Assembly: GCA_963761615.1 (NCBI GenBank)
Contig: CAVXGU010000004.1
Location: forward strand, 543,537-607,536
DNA from: an uncultured Acidobacteriota bacterium
GTDB taxonomy: Bacteria; Acidobacteriota; Vicinamibacteria; Vicinamibacterales; CAVVIG01
Direction of reading: 5' to 3'
Length of the DNA: 64,000 bases
Shown: in pieces, positions 56,570 to 62,781 of the stretch
Numbering within the stretch: position 1 is the stretch's first letter
Layout of the letters: every line of letters begins with the position of its first letter
Program-made: the position numbers and the translations under genes
The notes under the pieces: generated by a model
Database searches by the model: none
What the model was told of the DNA's origin: nothing
Seen by the model: only the letters and a program-made list of their open reading frames with translations

Positions 56570-57678
56570 GACGGCTCTCCCTTCGACGGCTTGGGCGGAA
56601 TCGGTTCGGCCTTGTCGCCGACGCGCTTCATGATCTGGATCAGGCCGTGGCCCGCGAACGCGGCGCCGACCGCCGCGACGGCACCGATGCCGATGGTGTC
56701 GATGTTGGACGCGGCGCCGAAGCCCGGGATGCCCGAGAGGTGCTGGTAGAAGGGCGTCATCTTGTCCCAGAAATCCGGCTCCGCGCAGCCGATGCACGGA
56801 TGCCCGCACCCGATCGGCCAGTTGGTCCCGCCGTTCCAGAGGATGTTGGGGCAGTTCTGGAAGGTGACCGGCCCCTTGCAGCCCATCTTGTAGAGGCAGT
56901 AGCCGTCGCGGTGCCCCTGGTCGCCCCACGCCTCGACGTATTGGCCGGCGTCGTAGTGCGCGCGGCGCTCGCAGGCATCGTGAATCGAGGTGCCGTACGC
57001 GAAGAGCGGCCGGCGGAGGTGATCGAGCGCCGGCCACCTCTTGAACGTCAGGTAGTGGACGAGCAGCGCCGTCAGGTTCTCGACGTTGGCCGGGCAGGCC
57101 GACAGGTTGATCAGGTTCTTCACGCCCGGGACGGCGTCGGCCACGCCGAGCGCGCCGGTCGGGTTCGGCGACGCCGCGGGGATGCCGCCGAACGACGCGC
57201 AGGTGCCGATCGCGATCGTCGCCGCGGCGCCGCCGCACACCTCGCGCGCGATGTCGAGCCCCGCCTTCCCGCCGATCGTGCAGTACGCGCCGTTCGCGCC
57301 GGTCGGGATCGAGCCCTCGACGACGGCGATGTAGCCGCCCTTGCGCTGGTCGACGACGTTCGCCAGGTTCTGCTCGGCCTGGACGCCGGCCGCCGCCATG
57401 ATCGTCTCGTGATAGTCGATCGACAGCAGGTCCAGGACCACCTCGGCGGCGGTCGGACGGCTGGCGCGCAGGAAGGACTCGGTGTTGCCCGCGCAGTCCT
57501 GGAACTCGAGCCAGACGAGCACGGGTTTGTCGGTGGAGGTGATGGCGCGCGCGATCTGCGCCGCCACGGAATCGGGCAGGGCCAGCGCCGCCGCCATGGT
57601 GGCGCAGAAGCTCAGGAACTCACGTCGTGACACGCCGCGCCGTTCGAGCTCGGCGGCCAGCCATCCGTGTTCGCTCAT
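56566..57678 (-). CDS. hupS: [NiFe] hydrogenase small subunit with TAT signal and a C-terminal membrane anchor
   Basis: RBS GGAGGAG precedes ATG 57678. N-terminus MSEHGWLAAELERRGVSRREFLSFCATMAAALALP. FeS motifs GTCASFGG, HDACERR, CLYKMGCKGP, GCGHPCIGCAEPDFWD. The proximal motif reads DCAGNTES instead of ECTGC(S/T)ES. Confidence 0.9.
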   Translation of the reverse strand: MSEHGWLAAELERRGVSRREFLSFCATMAAALALPDSVAAQIARAITSTDKPVLVWLEFQDCAGNTESFLRASRPTAAEVVLDLLSIDYHETIMAAAGVQAEQNLANVVDQRKGGYIAVVEGSIPTGANGAYCTIGGKAGLDIAREVCGGAAATIAIGTCASFGGIPAASPNPTGALGVADAVPGVKNLINLSACPANVENLTALLVHYLTFKRWPALDHLRRPLFAYGTSIHDACERRAHYDAGQYVEAWGDQGHRDGYCLYKMGCKGPVTFQNCPNILWNGGTNWPIGCGHPCIGCAEPDFWDKMTPFYQHLSGIPGFGAASNIDTIGIGAVAAVGAAFAGHGLIQIMKRVGDKAEPIPPKPSKGEPS

Positions 57679-57774
57679 CAGCTCCTCCGTCGATCGACCG
57701 GGTCCGTCGATCGCGCGAGGGAAGCGCGCGGCGGCCGCGCCCCTCCGCCTTTCCGGCACCGGTGGCGCGCGGAC

Positions 57775-57789
57775 GCAACTCCCGTGCCC
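57775..57789 (-). promoter_or_regulatory. Candidate sigma-54 (-24/-12) promoter for the hydrogenase operon
   Basis: The minus strand reads GGGCAC GGGAG TTGC, which fits GGCAC-N5-TTGC (GG-N10-GC), about 97 nt upstream of the hupS ATG. Confidence 0.4.
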
Positions 57790-57923
57790 GTACCGCTCGC
57801 GGCGCGGGTCAGGTTGGAGTCATGCGCCCTGCCGGAAAATCGGCGCGCGGTGGAGATCTGGAGATATCGTGATTGGGGTGATGGGGTGATGGGAACCTGG
57901 AGGCTCGCGGGGGCGCCCGAACC

Positions 57924-58325
57924 ATGAGACCCGCTTACTACGACGAGTCTCCTCCGCCGGCGCTCCTCGAGGGCGTCGCGCAGTTCAATCGCGGCGAGTA
58001 CTTCGAGCAGCACGAAACCCTGGAGCTGCTCTGGCGTGCCGAGCGGCGCGACGTCCGCTACCTGTATCAGGGGATCCTGCAGATCGGCGTGGCTTTCCAT
58101 CACCTCCGACGGGGGAATCACCACGGGACGGTCTACATGCTGATGCGGGGCGCGCGGTACCTCGCGCCGTTCGCGCCGGCCTGTCAGCGGATCGACGTGG
58201 CGGCGCTCCTCGCCGCGGCGGCGGTGGCCCTCCGGGAGGTCGAGCGTCTGGGCCCGCGGCGCCTCGACGAGTTCGACTGGGACCTGGCGCCGAAGGTGGT
58301 GCTGGTGCCGGATCTCGAGCGCTGA
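57924..58325 (+). CDS. DUF309-domain protein
   Basis: GVAQFNRGEYFEQHETLELLWR...YQGILQIGVAFHHLRRGN matches the remembered DUF309 pattern. Confidence 0.7.
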   Translation: MRPAYYDESPPPALLEGVAQFNRGEYFEQHETLELLWRAERRDVRYLYQGILQIGVAFHHLRRGNHHGTVYMLMRGARYLAPFAPACQRIDVAALLAAAAVALREVERLGPRRLDEFDWDLAPKVVLVPDLER

Positions 58326-58427
58326 AGGCTTCGAGAACCATTTCGACGGCGATTTCGTCGATAATCGTCGGTGGCGGCCAGACCGGGCCGCCGTCGGGAC
58401 TTCTCGCGGTTCAGATAGGCGGTATCG

Positions 58428-59012
58428 ATGGCGGCTTCATCCGGACGCACGCTGGTCAGCACCTGGGATCGCCTGGTGGACAGCTCGTGGAACTACCGGA
58501 TCGCGATGGTCGCCGACCTGCTCGCGCCGCTCGGTTGGCTGGCGTTCGCGGTCAGACGCTTCCAGGGCGCGCCGGTCGCGGGCCTGGCGTGGGCGGTCGG
58601 CGGGTTCTTCTGCTTCGGTTTTTTGGAGTACGCCGTGCACCGGTGGGTGCTCCACGGGCCGTTTCCCGTCTTCCGCCGCAGCCATGCGCGCCACCATGCC
58701 CACCCGCTGGCGCTGTACAGCGCCCCGCTCCTGGTGATGATGACGGTCTCGCTGGCCATCTTCGGCGCGCTCGACCTCGCGCTGCCGACCACGGCAGCCG
58801 CCCTGCTGGTCTTTGGCCTCTACGCCGGTTATGACTACTTTGCGGTGCTGCACCACCTGCAGCATCACTCGGTCGACGAGCTCGGACAGATGCCGTACTT
58901 CCACGATCTCGAGCGCTTCCACGACCGCCATCACCACCGGCCGTCCGTCAACTTCGGCATCACCACGACCTTCTGGGACCGCGTGTTCCGCACCTTCGAG
59001 CGCCGCGCCTGA
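58428..59012 (+). CDS. Fatty acid hydroxylase / sterol desaturase-family membrane di-iron protein
   Basis: Histidine boxes HRWVLH, HARHH, HHLQHH and HDRHHH, interspersed with TM helices. Confidence 0.75.
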   Translation: MAASSGRTLVSTWDRLVDSSWNYRIAMVADLLAPLGWLAFAVRRFQGAPVAGLAWAVGGFFCFGFLEYAVHRWVLHGPFPVFRRSHARHHAHPLALYSAPLLVMMTVSLAIFGALDLALPTTAAALLVFGLYAGYDYFAVLHHLQHHSVDELGQMPYFHDLERFHDRHHHRPSVNFGITTTFWDRVFRTFERRA

Positions 59013-59127
59013 GGTGGCCGCACGGGGGAGCCGGAGGGGCGCGCACGCCCGTCCGGCGGTCCGATCCAGGAAAGTGGGCGGATTCGCCTCATCCGCAGGC
59101 CATTTCGTAAAAAGTTGTCACGACGCC

Positions 59128-59156
59128 TTGTGTACAGGGGCGCTCGAGGCGATACT
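59128..59156 (+). promoter_or_regulatory. Candidate sigma-70-type promoter (TTGTGT-N17-GATACT) of the copper-cluster paralogue 1
   Basis: The same architecture recurs at 62632-62660 (TTGCAG-N17-GATACT), at the corresponding place upstream of paralogue 2. Confidence 0.4.
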
Positions 59157-59251
59157 TACGGCGAGCCCAGCTCGTGTATACAGTTGGAGCAGCAAGGGAT
59201 ACGGGGACGGTTAGTTTGAGCACCAATGTTTTGACCTGCAAGGAGGGTGTC

Positions 59252-60655
59252 ATGAAAGGTTCGAAGGGGCCACACTGGCGGGGAGTGTGGCGGGCCGGCC
59301 TCGTCTCGGCGGCCGCACTGTGCATGGCTGCGCCAGCTCTGGCAGCGGGCGCGCCGACAGACGTGACGTTCACGAAGGACGTCGCGCCAATCCTGCAGGC
59401 GAAGTGTCAGGATTGCCACCAGCCAGGATCCATCGCGCCGATGTCGCTCATCACGTACGAAGAAGCCCGTCCATGGGTTCGCGACATCCGCGAGAAGGTG
59501 GCCCAGCGCGAGATGCCACCCTGGCACATCGACAAGTCCGTCGGCATCCAGAAGTTCAAGAACGACTTCTCGCTGAGCGACGAGCAGATCGCGACGATCG
59601 TGAAGTGGGTGGACGAAGGCGCCCCGAAGGGCGACCCCGCCGACATGCCGCCGCCCAAGAAACTGGCGGACCCGAACGAGTGGCGCGGTGTGGTCGACGG
59701 TCTCGGCCAGCCCGACCTCGTCATCACGTCGCCGTCGTGGACCGAGCCGCCGGTGCACCAGGACCTCTGGTGGCGTCCGGAGCAGGCCATTCCCATCACC
59801 GAGCCGCGCTGGGTGCGGGCCGTTGAGATCCGGCCCTCGACGGTTCCGGGCCGCCGGATCATGCACCACATCATCGCCTATCGCGTGCTGAACGCGGACG
59901 AGGCCGATGCCGTGAACACCGGCACGGGCCAGGGCGCGCGCTTCGCGCTGGCCGACAACATCGTCAACGCCCGGCCGCAGCTCATGGAGTGGGCCATCGG
60001 GAAGGGCTACGACATGTACCGCGCGGGCACCGGCAAGCGGATCGAGCCGGGCGAGAAGATCTCGTGGGAGATGCACATCCACGCCGTCGGTGAGCAGATC
60101 ACGTCTGGCGCCCAGATGGCCATCTGGTTCTACCCGAAGGGTCAGGAGCCGACCAAGCAGAGCTACCTCGTCGGCTTCCAGGCCGTCGGCGACCGGACCC
60201 CGGGCAGCTCGGGTCTCGACATCCGGCCGAACAGCATCTCGATGTCGGAAGGCTTCACGACGCTGAACAAGCCGGCCATCCTCGAGAACTTCCAGCCGCA
60301 CATGCACCTGCGCGGGAAGGCGATGGAAATCGAAGCCATCCTGCCGAACGGCAACCACCAGGTGATCAGCTTCGTGCGGAACTTCAACTTCAACTGGATG
60401 ACGAACTACGTCTACGCCGACGATGCGGCGCCGGCGTTCCCGAAGGGGACGATCATCCACGTGACCGCCTGGTACGACAACACGGCGGGCAACCGGAACA
60501 ACCCCGATCCGAACCAGTGGGTCGGCTACGGCGATCGCACGGTGGACGAGATGGGCCACGCCTGGGTGAACGTGACCTACCTCTCCGACCAGGAGTACGC
60601 TGACTGGCTCAAGCAGCACTCCAAGACGCCGGACCGGAGTCAGCAGCAGCAGTAA
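59252..60655 (+). CDS. Secreted cytochrome c fused to a PHM/DBH-like (copper type II monooxygenase-like) domain, paralogue 1
   Basis: RBS AAGGAGG, signal peptide, FTKDVAPILQAKCQDCH...REMPPW. Ordered ligand candidates follow: MHHII (205/206), MHIH (275/277), PHMH (350/352), DEMG (434). Confidence 0.7.
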   Translation: MKGSKGPHWRGVWRAGLVSAAALCMAAPALAAGAPTDVTFTKDVAPILQAKCQDCHQPGSIAPMSLITYEEARPWVRDIREKVAQREMPPWHIDKSVGIQKFKNDFSLSDEQIATIVKWVDEGAPKGDPADMPPPKKLADPNEWRGVVDGLGQPDLVITSPSWTEPPVHQDLWWRPEQAIPITEPRWVRAVEIRPSTVPGRRIMHHIIAYRVLNADEADAVNTGTGQGARFALADNIVNARPQLMEWAIGKGYDMYRAGTGKRIEPGEKISWEMHIHAVGEQITSGAQMAIWFYPKGQEPTKQSYLVGFQAVGDRTPGSSGLDIRPNSISMSEGFTTLNKPAILENFQPHMHLRGKAMEIEAILPNGNHQVISFVRNFNFNWMTNYVYADDAAPAFPKGTIIHVTAWYDNTAGNRNNPDPNQWVGYGDRTVDEMGHAWVNVTYLSDQEYADWLKQHSKTPDRSQQQQ

Positions 60656-60688
60656 CGGCGGCTGTCTGATCGCTGTAGATCAACGACG

Positions 60689-60729
60689 CGAGGCACCCGC
60701 CGAAGGGGGCGGGTGCCTCGCCCTTTCTC
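60689..60729 (+). terminator. Rho-independent terminator
   Basis: 13-bp stem cgaggcacccgcc / ggcgggtgcctcg with loop gaaggg, followed by ccctttctc. Confidence 0.65.
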
Positions 60730-60751
60730 ACAGGGGCGGGAAGGTATCGCG

Positions 60752-61636
60752 ATGAAGTCGGTGATGTGGGTACTCGGTGCAGTAGCGGTTTCGGCGGTGG
60801 CCGTCGCAGTCGCGGGAGCCCAGCAGATCGTGCTCCCCGGCCAGCCGCATGCGGAGTTCGGCGACAGTGTCACGCCCGCCTTCGAGGGTTGGTACGATCT
60901 TCCCGACGGCTCTCACAACTTCCTGTTCGGGTACTACAACCGCAACAGCAAACAGGTCATCGACATTCCGGTCGGACCGAACAACAACGTGCAGCCCGGA
61001 GGGCCCGACCTCGGGCAGCCGACGCATTTCCTGACCGGTCGCAACTGGGGGCTGTTCGCCATCAACGTCCCCAAGACCTACACGCTGCAGGACAAGCCGT
61101 TCGTCTGGTCGATCAATGCCAACGGTCAGCAGGTCCAGATCCCCACGGACTTCAAGCCTGAGTACAACATCGACGTCTTCAGCGACGCGGAGCACAACAC
61201 ACCGCCGGTGATCAAGTTCGATGAGCGCGGGCAGACGGTTCAGGGACCGGTGAACACGTCGTTCGAGCGGACCGCGACGGTCGGCAAGCCGCTGGACCTT
61301 CCGATCTTGGCGAACGACGACAACATCTACACGAGCGGCAGCAACGCGCCGCGCAGCCGCATGGGCGATCCCGTGCGGTTCACGTGGACCCTGTACCGAG
61401 GGCCCGCGGACGTCACCTTCGCCAAGGCGGAGCCGAAGTTCGAGGTGACCTCCGGCGGCGCTGAACTCGGCAAGCCCGTGTCCGGCAAGGGCGATACCAC
61501 GGTCACCTTCTCCGAGGCCGGCGACTACTGGCTCCAGATCGTGGCGAACGACTACTCCGGGCCGGGTGGATCCGGATCCGGGGCGGCCGGGTGCTGCTGG
61601 ACCAACGCGCTCCTCAAGGTCAAAGTCACGCAGTAA
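60752..61636 (+). CDS. Secreted protein of unknown function (two beta-rich domains, C-terminal GCCW motif)
   Basis: Start MKSVMWVLGAVAVSAVAVAVAGAQQ. Balanced, aromatic-rich composition. Ends ...GSGSGAAGCCWTNALLKVKVTQ. Confidence 0.65.
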   Translation: MKSVMWVLGAVAVSAVAVAVAGAQQIVLPGQPHAEFGDSVTPAFEGWYDLPDGSHNFLFGYYNRNSKQVIDIPVGPNNNVQPGGPDLGQPTHFLTGRNWGLFAINVPKTYTLQDKPFVWSINANGQQVQIPTDFKPEYNIDVFSDAEHNTPPVIKFDERGQTVQGPVNTSFERTATVGKPLDLPILANDDNIYTSGSNAPRSRMGDPVRFTWTLYRGPADVTFAKAEPKFEVTSGGAELGKPVSGKGDTTVTFSEAGDYWLQIVANDYSGPGGSGSGAAGCCWTNALLKVKVTQ

Positions 61637-61792
61637 GCATGTTTCGACCGCCCCGGCCGCCCACGTGGCGCGGCCGGGGCCGTTCGCCGTTCGTCCCCGC
61701 CTCCTCCCACCCGTCTCGACGGCTTTCCCAGACACTCCACCTCGCATCGACATACGGTCCGCCGGGAATACCGCGAGCACGTCCGGGGTTCT

Positions 61793-61869
61793 GAGAGCCC
61801 AGAGCCCAGAGCCCAGAGCCCAGAGCCCAGAGCCCAGAGCCCAGAGCCCAGAGCCCAGAGCCCAGAGCC
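61793..61869 (+). repeat. Heptamer microsatellite, 11 units (GAGAGCC then 10x CAGAGCC)
   Basis: Counted by hand. Ends 1 nt before the RBS gaaggag of the histidine-brace gene. Confidence 0.95.
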
Positions 61870-61882
61870 CGAAGGAGCCGTG

Positions 61883-62497
61883 ATGCAGCCGTTTGCCCGT
61901 CTGTCGCTGGCCGCCCTCGTCGCGGTCGCCCTGCCTGCCGTGGTGAGTGCCCACTTCGTCCTCGTGCAGCCGGCCCCGACGCTGCAGCAGGACCGTCTCG
62001 GCAATCCCCAGAAGCTCGGACCGTGCGGCGGGACGTCCGCGGACGCGGGCACGCCGTCCGGCGCCGTCACGCCGGTCCAGGGCGGCACCACGCTGCACAT
62101 CGAAGTGCAGGAGACCGTCTTTCACCCGGGGCACTACCGCGTGGCGCTCGCCGTCAACGCCCTCAGCGAACTGCCGGCCGAGCCGGACGTCACCACGGAG
62201 GCCACGGCGAACGGCCCACGGTCGGTGTCGGCCGTGATCGACCAGGATCCGAAGCCGCCGGTGCTCGCCGATGGCGTGTTCGTCCACACCGACCGCGCCG
62301 CGATTGCCGCGCCGTTCGAGGCCGACGTGTCCGTGCCGAACATCACCTGCCCGAGGTGCACGCTGCAGGTCATCGAGTTCATGGCGCAGCACGGCTACAA
62401 CGCCGACGGCGGCTACTTCTACCACCACTGCGCCGCGCTCGCGATCACGGCGGATCCGTCCAAGCCGATCGACACGCGCTGGCCCTCCGCGCGGTAG
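61883..62497 (+). CDS. Secreted histidine-brace-type copper protein (LPMO-like)
   Basis: The signal peptide MQPFARLSLAALVAVALPAVVSA is followed directly by HFVLVQP, so mature residue 1 would be His. Second His candidate in FHPGHYRV, aromatic YFYHH, and four Cys. GTG 61880 is an alternative start. Confidence 0.65.
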   Translation: MQPFARLSLAALVAVALPAVVSAHFVLVQPAPTLQQDRLGNPQKLGPCGGTSADAGTPSGAVTPVQGGTTLHIEVQETVFHPGHYRVALAVNALSELPAEPDVTTEATANGPRSVSAVIDQDPKPPVLADGVFVHTDRAAIAAPFEADVSVPNITCPRCTLQVIEFMAQHGYNADGGYFYHHCAALAITADPSKPIDTRWPSAR

Positions 62498-62631
62498 CGG
62501 CCGCACGTCGGTTCTTCCCTCCGGGGCCGTCGCCGCGGCCGCAGGGCGGCATCCGGCGACCTCGGCCATTCGACCCGAATCGGGCGGGCTCCTCGTCGTT
62601 TGTCGACGTTTGTAAAAATCACGACAGACCC

Positions 62632-62660
62632 TTGCAGTCGCGGCGCCGCGGCGCGATACT
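62632..62660 (+). promoter_or_regulatory. Candidate sigma-70-type promoter (TTGCAG-N17-GATACT) of paralogue 2
   Basis: Positional and sequence counterpart of 59128-59156. Preceded by tttgtaaaaa (compare ttcgtaaaaa upstream of paralogue 1). Confidence 0.4.
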
Positions 62661-62781
62661 GCACGCCTCATGCGTACCATTGGAGCACCAATGATTGGAG
62701 CACAAATGGCTCAGTCTGTCTGGTGTGAGCGCGCGACGTGGCGATGGTGCGCGATGGCGAATGACCGGCAAGGAGGGTGAC

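Noticed and set aside
62690-62725. TTGGAGCACCAATGATTGGAGCAC read as a possible sigma-54 promoter
   Set aside because: It does not fit GG-N10-GC / TGGCAC-N5-TTGC spacing. It was kept only as an unexplained conserved leader motif.
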